Sequence record: MH719082.1
Direction: 5' to 3' (one strand)
Source: Escherichia phage vB_EcoM_IME392
DNA length: 64,000 nucleotides
A program made the position numbers and the translations under genes. Below, in pieces: positions 1 through 9,058 of this stretch. The first letter of the stretch is position 1. Each line of letters starts with the position of its first letter. The notes under the pieces are model-generated. The model worked only from the letters and a program-made list of their open reading frames with translations. It did no database searches and had not been told where the DNA came from.

Positions 1-58
1 GTCCAGATTCGATCAATTTTTGAGCTTCAGACACGATGTTCTCATCTAAGATCTGCAT
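1..58 (-). CDS. hypothetical protein (partial; only N-terminus in window)
   Basis: ATG at 56-58 on minus strand with AGGAG RBS; frame open to window edge. Confidence 0.35.
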   Translation of the reverse strand, partial: MQILDENIVSEAQKLIESG

Positions 59-60
59 CG

Positions 61-240
61 TTACTCCTTAATATTTTTCCATGTTGCTGATTCAATATCG
101 TAGTCGTCTCGGCATGGGTTATCCAGTCTCATGCCTCCGCACTCCCCGAACTCCACATCTACGAAATCCTTAATATCGGAATCAGATGCTGTGTCCGGTA
201 CTTCGACGACTAAGGTTACTTCGATAAATTTGCGGCCCAC
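61..240 (-). CDS. small acidic hypothetical protein (59 aa)
   Basis: GTG start with AGGAG 6 nt upstream; stop overlaps RBS of next gene; below ORF-track length cutoff. Confidence 0.35.
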   Translation of the reverse strand: MGRKFIEVTLVVEVPDTASDSDIKDFVDVEFGECGGMRLDNPCRDDYDIESATWKNIKE

Positions 241-248
241 AGTAACTC

Positions 249-467
249 CTACTTATTCGGAGTAATGATGCATGGTGCAGCAGCAGTGATCACTACCGGA
301 TTACCACTACTGTCCCAGATGGTGGTTGCGGCAGTCTCAATTACGTAGCGTTGCGCATTAGGCTCGCTATACAGAGACCGACCATCCGGACCGAAGCATT
401 CGATATTTACTGATGCACTAGCCATTCCGCTTGTTGCAAGAAGAGCAACTACAAGAATCTTTTTCAT
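249..467 (-). CDS. small secreted protein (signal-peptide-like N-terminus)
   Basis: ORF track; N-terminal MKKILVVALLATSGMASA hydrophobic segment. Confidence 0.45.
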   Translation of the reverse strand: MKKILVVALLATSGMASASVNIECFGPDGRSLYSEPNAQRYVIETAATTIWDSSGNPVVITAAAPCIITPNK

Positions 468-627
468 CGTTAGTTCCTTTCGTTTTACGTAAATCGTTAC
501 ACTTACCCAGCAAAGTCTTAACTGAATTAAGATCTGAGTTTAGCTTAGATAAGCGATCTTTTAATAAAGCCAATCTGAACAGGAGTATCATAACTACCCC
601 TATCAATACTCCGATCGTTATAGCCAT
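418..627 (-). CDS. small membrane-anchored protein (N-terminal TM helix)
   Basis: ORF track; AITIGVLIGVVMILLF hydrophobic helix; overlaps start of 249-467 ORF. Confidence 0.45.
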   Translation of the reverse strand: MAITIGVLIGVVMILLFRLALLKDRLSKLNSDLNSVKTLLGKCNDLRKTKGTNDEKDSCSCSSCNKRNG

Positions 628-629
628 GG

Positions 630-962
630 TTACCCCAGTTCGATGAATATCCTCTCGTTGCGGTAGTTAGAGGACATAGAGTAGCTTACCTTAAATCCTA
701 GAGCACGGTACAGATTAGACAGCACCGTAGTGTTGGTAGTCTTGCCATCCTTATTCAGGAGTGCTCGGTCTCCCTTAAATGCTTCGTCCAGCTGGGTAAG
801 ATGGACATCCGCACTGAAGTGAGTGATCAGCATCTTATTGATAGCGTCGAAACCATCGTTCCAGTGTTCGTCCAGGAACTTCAGGGCATTCTCTTTATCT
901 ACCTGCTGCTTATGTTCACGAGCCAGACGTACGTGTTCTGCAGTTGCAATAATGTTACTCAT
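630..962 (-). CDS. hypothetical protein (110 aa)
   Basis: Internal ATG at 962 with AGGAGA RBS; ORF-track start at 1016 is probably over-extended. Confidence 0.5.
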   Translation of the reverse strand: MSNIIATAEHVRLAREHKQQVDKENALKFLDEHWNDGFDAINKMLITHFSADVHLTQLDEAFKGDRALLNKDGKTTNTTVLSNLYRALGFKVSYSMSSNYRNERIFIELG

Positions 963-1024
963 AATATCTCCTAAGATTAACAGCAATATTAATAGATGGT
1001 ACTCATAGAGCACCATCGATAATA

Positions 1025-1270
1025 CTACTCAGCGAAACTAACGCCTAACCTCTCCAGCTCTAGTCGCTTATCATCAATACGGCGAGATAACTCGCTAAGA
1101 ACTGCTGGACGTATTGCATCAATGAAGGCATCGTCCTGGTACTGAGATTGGATAGTGATACCCAACGCCACATGACCAGTACTTTCTTCGATGATATTGT
1201 ACTGCCTTTCCAGTTCTTTAAGAGCCTGCATACCGTAGTGAATCTTATCTACATCGGCTGCCTTAACCAT
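1025..1270 (-). CDS. hypothetical protein
   Basis: ORF track; co-directional tight packing. Confidence 0.45.
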   Translation of the reverse strand: MVKAADVDKIHYGMQALKELERQYNIIEESTGHVALGITIQSQYQDDAFIDAIRPAVLSELSRRIDDKRLELERLGVSFAE

Positions 1271-1271
1271 A

Positions 1272-1469
1272 TTACCCTATTTTAGTAAATCGCCCATCCT
1301 CCATCTCGGAGGCGCGTCGGACCCATTTCTTAAAGTCCTTACCACGATAGACATAGGCACGCTCATTAGTTTCTTCCAGATATACTTCATCATCCAGAAT
1401 ATGATAATGATTACCAGACTTCTCGTGTAGGACTTTATCCCCAGGATTAAACATGCTCATTATGTGCAA
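1272..1469 (-). CDS. hypothetical protein
   Basis: ORF track; co-directional tight packing. Confidence 0.4.
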   Translation of the reverse strand: MHIMSMFNPGDKVLHEKSGNHYHILDDEVYLEETNERAYVYRGKDFKKWVRRASEMEDGRFTKIG

Positions 1470-1645
1470 TGTGCTCCCACTTCACGAATAATGACATCCT
1501 GCTGTTCCGGAGTCATGGGATTAGCAATAGCGCTAGCCATCTCTCCGAAGTTACCGATTAACTCATGGCCTACCTGCATCTGGGTAAGCAGCTCTGATAA
1601 CTTAACATAGTCATCAGTCTTTACTCTGATCTGCACAAACTTCAT
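1460..1645 (-). CDS. hypothetical protein
   Basis: ORF track; overlaps neighbours by a few nt as in operon. Confidence 0.4.
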   Translation of the reverse strand: MKFVQIRVKTDDYVKLSELLTQMQVGHELIGNFGEMASAIANPMTPEQQDVIIREVGAHCT

Positions 1646-1899
1646 TTACGGAGATCCGTGTAGACATAGTTCTGATGCTCGGTACGAGTTACCAGACCCA
1701 GCTTACCTTTACTGGTGACTGCGTACTGAACACCATCTTCGTTGATCAGTTTGTAGTTATCAGCACGTACCCTCTCGCCACGTTTATCTTCAGGCTCAAG
1801 AATAGTTGCTTCTATGGTGTTATTGGGATGAATGATGGCTTTCTCCACCACCATATCCACATGTACCGATACACCTAATCGGCCATCAAGAGAAGGCAT
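1642..1899 (-). CDS. hypothetical protein
   Basis: ORF track; ATG at 1897-1899. Confidence 0.45.
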   Translation of the reverse strand: MPSLDGRLGVSVHVDMVVEKAIIHPNNTIEATILEPEDKRGERVRADNYKLINEDGVQYAVTSKGKLGLVTRTEHQNYVYTDLRK

Positions 1900-2062
1900 G
1901 TAATTTAACTCCCATCTTTTGGTATTTCTTGCGGATCTTCTGAACTACGCGATCCTGGTTACGTCTGGTATTCTTACGCATACCATTAATAGCTTCTTCC
2001 ATCTCACGATGCATAGCGTTACGCATCTTATCGTTAAGACTCAATTCCTGACGTTCTCCCAT
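1886..2062 (-). CDS. small basic protein (58 aa, Lys/Arg-rich)
   Basis: ATG at 2062 preceded by GAGGAGG RBS; stop overlaps next start; below ORF-track cutoff. Confidence 0.45.
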   Translation of the reverse strand: MGERQELSLNDKMRNAMHREMEEAINGMRKNTRRNQDRVVQKIRKKYQKMGVKLHAFS

Positions 2063-2083
2063 GTGTCCTCCTCTTTGAACACT

Positions 2084-2114
2084 TTAACAGCCTTTGGAAC
2101 CCTATAAAGAGCGG
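2084..2114 (-). promoter_or_regulatory. 31-bp conserved intergenic motif (putative phage-RNAP promoter)
   Basis: TTAACAGCCTTT..AAAGAGCGG on + strand; about 22 nt upstream of minus-strand start at 2062. Confidence 0.5.
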
Positions 2115-2116
2115 TT

Positions 2117-2746
2117 TTATTTAGGTATCCATGAATACTTCAAATCCCATGGTCTCGGAGTACCATGGAAGCATACTACCGCAACTCCATTAGGCACCGA
2201 CCCGTTTCCGGTAGACCTATGACAGTAATGCTCCTGGTCAGGACCTACTACTGATACCTTGTAGGAACAGAATTTACCTGGGTATAGATCCTGTATGCGA
2301 GGTACTCCATTAAAGAATGGGCAGATAAACTCCTGATCACCACCTACAGAGTGATTAGCCATGAATCTATCTGGGCTAACTATCCAGGCATTCCAGATGC
2401 GCTCAGCTAAGATAGGCTCAACACGCATCACGCTACTGTTAACCATCCCAGTATGATACCAGTCACGAAGAATAGTTGATTCGTCGCAATTAAGCAAGAA
2501 CGTAATATCGTCGATAATTGCTGTGTCTAAGTCGAAGAACACGAACGGCTCCTGGATAGTGAATAACTCCATCTTACTCCACCAGCCAGGATAATCATAC
2601 TTCATAGGTATCCACTCAACTCCTTCGATAGGCTCTTTAGAGATACATGCATATCTCGTACCCTCTGGGAGTTGTCTACCTACCCATTTAACGTGATCTT
2701 CTGTGAAGTCCTTACCCTTACGAAATACCGTAACCACTAACGACAT
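2117..2746 (-). CDS. hypothetical protein (209 aa)
   Basis: ORF track; adjacent to glycosyltransferase genes. Confidence 0.55.
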   Translation of the reverse strand: MSLVVTVFRKGKDFTEDHVKWVGRQLPEGTRYACISKEPIEGVEWIPMKYDYPGWWSKMELFTIQEPFVFFDLDTAIIDDITFLLNCDESTILRDWYHTGMVNSSVMRVEPILAERIWNAWIVSPDRFMANHSVGGDQEFICPFFNGVPRIQDLYPGKFCSYKVSVVGPDQEHYCHRSTGNGSVPNGVAVVCFHGTPRPWDLKYSWIPK

Positions 2747-3705
2747 TTAGTCTTCTCCATATGTTTAAATCCCTGGATCATGTTCTTAGCCACGTTATCC
2801 CAGGTACAATCTTTAACCTTATCAGCAATCTTGGTTCTGTTAAGCTTAGGGAGTATTTCATCCCAGTTTATCTTAGCACCAACTATGTGATGCTCCACAG
2901 ATTCCAGACGATCCTTAGGAATTAGTCCTTCCTTAGTTACTACCAGAGCTCCGCACCGAGCCGCTTCCAGGACAGTAAGACCTAACGACTCTTTATGAGT
3001 AACTATGAAGATGTCGCAGCATCTGATTAATGCAGCGAACTCCTGACTGCTTACTCCTCCCCGACGATACTCCTCAACACTTATATTCTCCTCGTCGATA
3101 ACGCATAATCCATTATCGGTAAGAGTGTAAGATACGTGAGGAACCGGAATATGCTTAAGGTTCATCATCATGGTTAGGGAGTAATCGAAGTCCGACAGAT
3201 CAAATAGAGGATGGTCTACGAATATCCTAAGTATACCATCTGACATTTTCTCTGGGTGGAATAGCTTATCATCAGCTGCCCACCCTACCTGCCAGTTATT
3301 ATCCAGATGTCTTTTCAGACGACTCGGATTGTCTAAGTACTTATAGGTATCATCTCGAAGAGTGAAAGTTACATCTACCTGTTTACAGTCCAGCATCGAA
3401 CCATCATAGATATGGGTAACTAATCCCTTAAAGTTCTTTTTAAGGTACTCACCTATCTCGTGAGGGATCTGGGTGAATGGTCTTACTCCTACGTATAGGA
3501 TATGATCACACTCCTCTTCCCTAGCTATTTCTAATACCTGATCGGCATAAACATGTGGATTAATCGAATCGTGGTATTCTGGCCAGAATACCAACTCTAC
3601 TCCGTTATCCTCCAGAGCGCCTCGGAGATGATATTTCCACATGGTACTGAAGTTGGTTATCTGATGTGAACTACCAGGACAATTCGCTATATACAGTAAC
3701 TTCAT
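2737..3705 (-). CDS. GT-B fold glycosyltransferase (GT4-like)
   Basis: C-terminal ESLGLTVLEAARCGALVV matches the E-x7-E sugar-donor motif region of GT4 enzymes. Confidence 0.6.
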   Translation of the reverse strand: MKLLYIANCPGSSHQITNFSTMWKYHLRGALEDNGVELVFWPEYHDSINPHVYADQVLEIAREEECDHILYVGVRPFTQIPHEIGEYLKKNFKGLVTHIYDGSMLDCKQVDVTFTLRDDTYKYLDNPSRLKRHLDNNWQVGWAADDKLFHPEKMSDGILRIFVDHPLFDLSDFDYSLTMMMNLKHIPVPHVSYTLTDNGLCVIDEENISVEEYRRGGVSSQEFAALIRCCDIFIVTHKESLGLTVLEAARCGALVVTKEGLIPKDRLESVEHHIVGAKINWDEILPKLNRTKIADKVKDCTWDNVAKNMIQGFKHMEKTKCR

Positions 3706-4306
3706 TCACCCATTCCTCAACAGTAGTTTTACGAGTCCCACCAATCCCTGATAAGGACTGAATATTTATCTTCTCTGTAGCCGACTTAATTAAAATAGGA
3801 AGATGGCTAAGGTTATTTGGTACCCCACCAGATATTCTTGGTTCTGGACTACCATCTACCCCAACCAACAAGAGATCAGTGTAACCCATATGATAAGCTA
3901 ATCCGATCGCCCCATAAGCGCTATTCCCAGAACTGATTACATCAGGATCCTCAGATAACCCAGGAACTGCTCTCCATCTCCACAACCACCATAGGGGAGT
4001 GCCGTAGATAGGCTCCTCCCCACGATGTTCGTCCCGCTTAAGTAAGTGTGCTCCATAATCTGAATACAGATGCATATCTGCTTCGTCAACAGCTAGATAA
4101 TAACGAGTACCCATCTTAGGGTTTTGGATACGACATAGATTAGCTTGGCTAGGGTCTAGGGTAAAGAAGTAATTAGCTCTGGGTAGCCACTCTATCGCTC
4201 CGTTAACTGCAAATATCGGTATCTCATGTGGAGGAGTAAATCCTCTTGCCGATGGTCCATCTGCTACAATTATAGCAGGTCTTCTATACTTAGCCTCTCG
4301 AAGCAT
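3671..4306 (-). CDS. MptE/Maf-like (DUF115) or GT42-like transferase, paralog 1
   Basis: ADGPS motif and VGVDGS block resembling the GNGPS / GxDF motifs of sialyltransferase-like and Maf proteins; paralogous to next gene. Confidence 0.4.
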   Translation of the reverse strand: MLREAKYRRPAIIVADGPSARGFTPPHEIPIFAVNGAIEWLPRANYFFTLDPSQANLCRIQNPKMGTRYYLAVDEADMHLYSDYGAHLLKRDEHRGEEPIYGTPLWWLWRWRAVPGLSEDPDVISSGNSAYGAIGLAYHMGYTDLLLVGVDGSPEPRISGGVPNNLSHLPILIKSATEKINIQSLSGIGGTRKTTVEEWVNEVTVYSELSW

Positions 4307-4806
4307 GTTATTTTAGTCCTTCTGGTACAATTGATTACAGCAATACTATCTGGAAGGTATTTCTTGACCAAGTAATAGTCCTCCATCCATTTAGCAACTG
4401 TTTCCAGATCGGGATTAGTTAATTTACCAATATGATCCCCGTGGAAATGGCTGCCCTCAGAGATATCGCAGTCATATCCAAGAAGTACTATCTCTTTAGG
4501 AGCGAATACGCTGGCTAAGAAGATAGCTTGAGCACCTGAGTTATAGCAACTATTCAAGTAGAAGAACTGTTTCACATCTGGATGATTCTCTACCGGAAGA
4601 TGGCTATACTTAGAGCAAGTGCTTGGAATATTATCATAATTATACTCCCACCAGATAGGATCGAATCCATAAACTATGTTGGGAGGTCTGGATGAGAACA
4701 TGGCGTTGTTAGCGCTAATAACCAAGTCGGACTTACTAGCAAGTAGTAAATAATCCTCCTCGGTTAGAGAAGGACCGCTAGCTACACACATTATTCTCTT
4801 TATCAT
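4270..4806 (-). CDS. MptE/Maf-like (DUF115) or GT42-like transferase, paralog 2
   Basis: ASGPSLTEEDY and LLGYDCD...HFHGDH motifs; tandem paralog of 3671-4306. Confidence 0.4.
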   Translation of the reverse strand: MIKRIMCVASGPSLTEEDYLLLASKSDLVISANNAMFSSRPPNIVYGFDPIWWEYNYDNIPSTCSKYSHLPVENHPDVKQFFYLNSCYNSGAQAIFLASVFAPKEIVLLGYDCDISEGSHFHGDHIGKLTNPDLETVAKWMEDYYLVKKYLPDSIAVINCTRRTKITCFERLSIEDLL

Positions 4807-5519
4807 AAGTACTGTCTAACCTCTGGGCTAAGGATCGTATCCATAATAGCTGAAGTACATTCCCCATCAACCCAGTCACCAAGTACTTCAGTCAATGCTG
4901 AGTTAATTGCGGTAGTCATGTACTCTTTAAGGAGTAATGCCTCTTCGTTAATGTAGTCGGTTACGTCCTTAACGAAAGTAGCTACTGACTCAAAAGCACC
5001 ATCCAGAGTAGCCTTAAGTTCCTGAGCCTTAGCCAGAAGATCTTCAGTATCGTCCAGACCCAGGAACTCTGCAATACTATCGGCTGCTCCCCCAACGGCC
5101 TCGGTGACAGTATTCAGTACTCGTTGCCCAATACCACCGACGATACCCATCACAGAATTAAATGGGGTACATGCAGTAGCTACACCGAATTTATCCATAG
5201 CTGCTGCGTAGTTCTTGGCTATGTTAATTCGGGAGTACATATTCTGTACAGATTCATCACCGTAGGCAACTAGCGTAGAGATGCTGGATAGGTTACCATC
5301 CATAGCCAACTGAACCATGTTAATGTAGGATGAGTCAATACCAGCCTTACGAAGAGCCTCAGCCTTAAGTGCCGAAGGATTCTGCAGCTGGCTTAATCCG
5401 CTAACCACAGACTGGGTTTTCTCACCAGCTACTGCACCTATATCGCTGAGTGGGTTAACAGTGCCACGACCAGCTTGTAGAATCTGGAATACTTTATTCT
5501 TATCAACCATTATCCCCAT
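4803..5519 (-). CDS. hypothetical protein (Ala/Gly-rich)
   Basis: ORF track. Confidence 0.5.
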   Translation of the reverse strand: MGIMVDKNKVFQILQAGRGTVNPLSDIGAVAGEKTQSVVSGLSQLQNPSALKAEALRKAGIDSSYINMVQLAMDGNLSSISTLVAYGDESVQNMYSRINIAKNYAAAMDKFGVATACTPFNSVMGIVGGIGQRVLNTVTEAVGGAADSIAEFLGLDDTEDLLAKAQELKATLDGAFESVATFVKDVTDYINEEALLLKEYMTTAINSALTEVLGDWVDGECTSAIMDTILSPEVRQYL

Positions 5520-5740
5520 ACCTCTTTTCGTTCTAAGTAGCCACGACCTTCACATACTGGGCAAGTTATTATATCTCTGCCATCTCCGGATGGAGACGTC
5601 TTGCCAGTACCATCACAAGATCGACATTCTTTTATATCCCCAGACTTTCTTTTACGCTCTCTATTTAGAGCAGCTTCTTCGGTGTCCCATAAGGATCCGT
5701 CATTAGCTCTATACTTAGTTGTTACTATCTTGTCAACCAT
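5510..5740 (-). CDS. DnaJ-type zinc-finger small protein
   Basis: Two CxxCxGxG repeats (CRSCDGTGK, CPVCEGRGY). Confidence 0.5.
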   Translation of the reverse strand: MVDKIVTTKYRANDGSLWDTEEAALNRERKRKSGDIKECRSCDGTGKTSPSGDGRDIITCPVCEGRGYLERKEVWG

Positions 5741-5765
5741 CGTTAAACTCCGTACGTAAAAATAA

Positions 5766-5783
5766 GGGAGACCGAAGTCTCCC
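5766..5783 (-). terminator. intrinsic terminator (UUCG-tetraloop hairpin plus U-tract)
   Basis: Minus-strand RNA GGGAGAC-UUCG-GUCUCCC followed by UUAUUUUU. Confidence 0.6.
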
Positions 5784-5788
5784 TATGA

Positions 5789-6106
5789 TTATTTTATTCT
5801 GGTGATTCTTCTGTAGTCTGTGTCTATATGCTCGCCTACTTCCAGCTTAAGGACATACCCATCCCAGAACCATGATGAGTCCATAGTGGAACCGGGAGCA
5901 CGAGTAGCCAGGAAATCTGGAGGCATGTTACCCTTACAGAAAATAGGCTTAGAGTTCTCGAAATCCAGATGAGTAATCTTGAACTCTTTCTCACGAATAC
6001 CCTGGCACCCTTCGCAGTTACACGGTCTCTCGAGTGGTCTGCAGAATACGCAATGACAGTTATTCATAAGATAGTTTTCTTTCTTATGAGGATGTACGTG
6101 ACTCAT
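5789..6106 (-). CDS. Cys-rich putative zinc-binding protein
   Basis: CHCVFC...CNCEGC cluster near N-terminus. Confidence 0.45.
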   Translation of the reverse strand: MSHVHPHKKENYLMNNCHCVFCRPLERPCNCEGCQGIREKEFKITHLDFENSKPIFCKGNMPPDFLATRAPGSTMDSSWFWDGYVLKLEVGEHIDTDYRRITRIK

Positions 6107-6522
6107 TTGCTTAAGTCCGTAATCTGGATGATGCGAGAAGCATTCTGGGCAAAGTCTTCTGCAGTACTAATCGGATAGCATACTGCCCAGGAGTGTACTT
6201 CACGAAGACGAGCTGTCAGCTTATCGATAACTTCAGCAGCACGATACATGAGATCATACTCTTCACTATCACAGTTTTCCTGACTGGCTATGGAGCGAAG
6301 AGCCATGGTGATGGGTACAGTACGGTTATGGAAGTGCGGGCTAGTTACAGTCAGCAGCTCTCCCTTCTCGTCCTTATCTCCCTCCAGATTAATGACATCT
6401 TCAATAGTCATCAGGAGGCTAGGCAGATCCAGTTGTTGGATATCTTCACGGATGATGCCTTTAGCTACCAGCATTTTAGTTACTGCGGCCGCCAGGATCT
6501 CATAAGCATTATCTTTGTTCAT
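6103..6522 (-). CDS. hypothetical protein (139 aa)
   Basis: Internal ATG at 6522 with GGAGA RBS. Confidence 0.45.
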   Translation of the reverse strand: MNKDNAYEILAAAVTKMLVAKGIIREDIQQLDLPSLLMTIEDVINLEGDKDEKGELLTVTSPHFHNRTVPITMALRSIASQENCDSEEYDLMYRAAEVIDKLTARLREVHSWAVCYPISTAEDFAQNASRIIQITDLSK

Positions 6523-6742
6523 CGTACTTCTCCAATGTATAGTTACCACTGCTGCTAGGATAGAGGTGAATAACTCCTTCAGGAAATCCCCTATGACCTC
6601 TTAATTCGTCCTCGGTCTGGGGAGCTTTAACGCAGTCTTTAGGGCTAACCCTATACAGCTCGCATAATCTGTGGAATGATATATGATGCATATCACCATC
6701 GGCACTTAATACAGGTCCTGGGTGAACAACATATTTAACCAT
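6509..6742 (-). CDS. hypothetical protein (77 aa)
   Basis: ATG at 6742 with GAGGAT RBS; ORF-track start at 6775 is GTG. Confidence 0.4.
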   Translation of the reverse strand: MVKYVVHPGPVLSADGDMHHISFHRLCELYRVSPKDCVKAPQTEDELRGHRGFPEGVIHLYPSSSGNYTLEKYDEQR

Positions 6743-6769
6743 TATTTTATCCTCAATGATACCGACATA

Positions 6770-6787
6770 GGACACCCGAAGATGTCC
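6770..6787 (-). terminator. UUCG-tetraloop hairpin (terminator-like)
   Basis: GGACAUC-UUCG-GGUGUCC downstream of ACP-like gene; weak U-tract. Confidence 0.4.
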
Positions 6788-6796
6788 TATAGCTTA

Positions 6797-7051
6797 TCAC
6801 TGGTTCAGAACTGCCACGATCTTTTCTGCCACCTGCTCCAGAGTATCGTCGCTATCATAGTCGAAGTCTGGGATACAGTCTTCCATACCCAGTTCATCTT
6901 CAACACGCATGATGATCTCCACTTCATCCAGAGAATCTGCACCTAACTGCTCACCAGTAGTAGTTTCAGTTACTTCCAGAATATCAACCATCATGATGTC
7001 AGCTACTGCAGATCGCAGCGCATCTTTAACCTGTTCCAAAGTTACAGACAT
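6797..7051 (-). CDS. acyl carrier protein-like
   Basis: QLGADSLDEVEIIMRVEDELG matches the ACP phosphopantetheine-attachment DSL motif and helix II; 84 aa, acidic. Confidence 0.7.
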   Translation of the reverse strand: MSVTLEQVKDALRSAVADIMMVDILEVTETTTGEQLGADSLDEVEIIMRVEDELGMEDCIPDFDYDSDDTLEQVAEKIVAVLNQ

Positions 7052-8994
7052 TATTCAGCTCCAATGATTTTACGGAATTGATCTTCGGTAACGATCTTGG
7101 TACCCTTAGCTTCGGCAGCCTTAAACTTACTGGACTGACTCGGCTTGTCGCATACCAGATATTCTGCGTCGCCGATACCGACTTCGACTACGCCGTATTT
7201 GATCCAGGAGTTAACCAGTTCGCTACGAGGCTTACTAAGCTTACCAGTTAAGCAGATCTTGAACTTGCCTTCCGGAAGCGGTTCCTCTACCTTAGAGGCT
7301 ACCCAGTTCAGAGGAAGATTCAGTACCTTCAGGATTACTTCCTGATTCTCTGCAATCTTCTTAGCTACGGAACCCATGCAGGCATCATAGATTGCCTTAC
7401 AGATTTCGTAGTCCTCGGTATTGACCTGGATACCATCATTAACCATGTCGTGGAAGCTATTGTTACGCAATACACGAATCATCTGGTCGCGAGTCACCGC
7501 AGTGGCAATACGCACTCCTGTTGCATAACCAAGACCATCCGTCCAGGTACAGGTCAGCATGTGGTCCATAGAGATAGGACGATCCTTCATATTGAAGAAG
7601 GACTGACGAGTAAGCTGGAGAGGGCCATCGTACATCTCTACCATACTGAACACTGGATGAGATGGGCCAGTCTCGATGATATCGTTCATCATGGCAACAT
7701 CATCCAGTTTAGCCTGCTCGGCAAACTTGTTGATATTCATGCCACCGAGACCCTTAGGAGCGAAGTCACGGATTATTGTACGAATAACCATCGGGTCTAA
7801 CTTAGTCTTGATGCGGATGTGCACACCATCCCAGAAGGTACGTACCCCATCGACAAACTCAGGAATTACCGCAGTGACGGGTTCCACGACTTCTTCGATA
7901 TGAGGAATTACCTCGTTACGGCGACTGATCTTGATCTTAGCGCCAGGTCCGATACCAGCACTCTTGATGTACTCAGCATTCCACCCGGATGCATAAGTTA
8001 CATTAACGCCACTCATGTCTACCGTCTCGAACTCAACAGTAGGCACGACTCGGCCGTAACCACTAACTACCCAGTGTACTTTAACCACGGTAGTGTCGTA
8101 GAATGCTGATTGGTACTTGATCTTATAGTGGACAGTATTCTTGCCCAGCATATTCTCATCCCAGTCAACATTCAGAGATCCCAGAACTACGCCATCCAGC
8201 AGGTAGTTGCAGATGGGATCTTCGCGGAACTTAGATGGCGGGTTAGCCACCAGCCAGGTATTGACATAACCAGCAGGAAGAACGAAGTACTTAACCACTT
8301 TGAAACCAGCCTTACTTAAGCATAGCAGCAGCTGGTTGTAGTCATCCATCCATGTCTCGTGATCCACATCCTCGTAGAATGCGGTTACAGAATATGCAAC
8401 CACATCCAGCAGTTCCATTAATGCAGGATCACTGTATTTAGCCAGAGCAATACCAGAGGCAGCATTACGCTGGTTACTGTACTCGTGGCTGATACGCTCG
8501 AACTTATCATCAGGAATAACGATTTCGCAGCGGACTTCTTTAATACCCTTAGGAACCTGGCGAGGAAACTCGGCACACTCCAGATTCTTCGTGATGTCCA
8601 GACCAGTGACGCCGTCGTGACGAGTTAAGCCACGGACGAAGTTACCGTCGTAGTCGTAATACAGAACTACCGAGATGCCGTCCAGTTTAGCCGAAGCGAC
8701 GAATCCCTTAACTTCTTCGTGACCATGGAGGAAGTTAAATCCCTCTTCCACAGCACCGATCTTAACCTGGTCAAGACCACCCACGAATGAACCATGTGGA
8801 CACTTAGCCAGATGTTCAGCAGCTTCGGTTACTCCCCAGCCTGGGGTGGTGAGGAGTGGGTTAGTAGGATCCAGCTCAGCTAATTTCTCGGTAAGAGCAT
8901 CGAACTCTTCGTCCGTAATAATGGGCTGGTCACCATTATAATATGCATTAGCCGCATTCTTAATTTGCTCTATCAGAGCAGCGACTTTTTCCAT
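7051..8994 (-). CDS. ligA: NAD-dependent DNA ligase
   Basis: N-terminal NAD-ligase block (YYNGDQPIITDEEFDAL), 647 aa, C-terminal BRCT-like segment. Confidence 0.85.
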   Translation of the reverse strand: MEKVAALIEQIKNAANAYYNGDQPIITDEEFDALTEKLAELDPTNPLLTTPGWGVTEAAEHLAKCPHGSFVGGLDQVKIGAVEEGFNFLHGHEEVKGFVASAKLDGISVVLYYDYDGNFVRGLTRHDGVTGLDITKNLECAEFPRQVPKGIKEVRCEIVIPDDKFERISHEYSNQRNAASGIALAKYSDPALMELLDVVAYSVTAFYEDVDHETWMDDYNQLLLCLSKAGFKVVKYFVLPAGYVNTWLVANPPSKFREDPICNYLLDGVVLGSLNVDWDENMLGKNTVHYKIKYQSAFYDTTVVKVHWVVSGYGRVVPTVEFETVDMSGVNVTYASGWNAEYIKSAGIGPGAKIKISRRNEVIPHIEEVVEPVTAVIPEFVDGVRTFWDGVHIRIKTKLDPMVIRTIIRDFAPKGLGGMNINKFAEQAKLDDVAMMNDIIETGPSHPVFSMVEMYDGPLQLTRQSFFNMKDRPISMDHMLTCTWTDGLGYATGVRIATAVTRDQMIRVLRNNSFHDMVNDGIQVNTEDYEICKAIYDACMGSVAKKIAENQEVILKVLNLPLNWVASKVEEPLPEGKFKICLTGKLSKPRSELVNSWIKYGVVEVGIGDAEYLVCDKPSQSSKFKAAEAKGTKIVTEDQFRKIIGAE

Positions 8995-9026
8995 CTTTGT
9001 TATTCCTTACGGTTGGATTGACACTT

Positions 9027-9056
9027 TAACAGCCTTTTAGCACCCTAAAAGAGCGG
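9027..9056 (-). promoter_or_regulatory. 31-bp conserved intergenic motif (putative phage-RNAP promoter)
   Basis: Abuts stop of upstream gene; about 33 nt upstream of ligase start at 8994; internal hairpin CTTTTAG-cacc-CTAAAAG. Confidence 0.5.
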
Positions 9057-9058
9057 AA

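Noticed and set aside
1919-2107. 62-aa plus-strand ORF
   Set aside because: Antisense to a small minus-strand gene (1886-2062) that has a GAGGAGG RBS; also overlaps a 31-bp motif copy.
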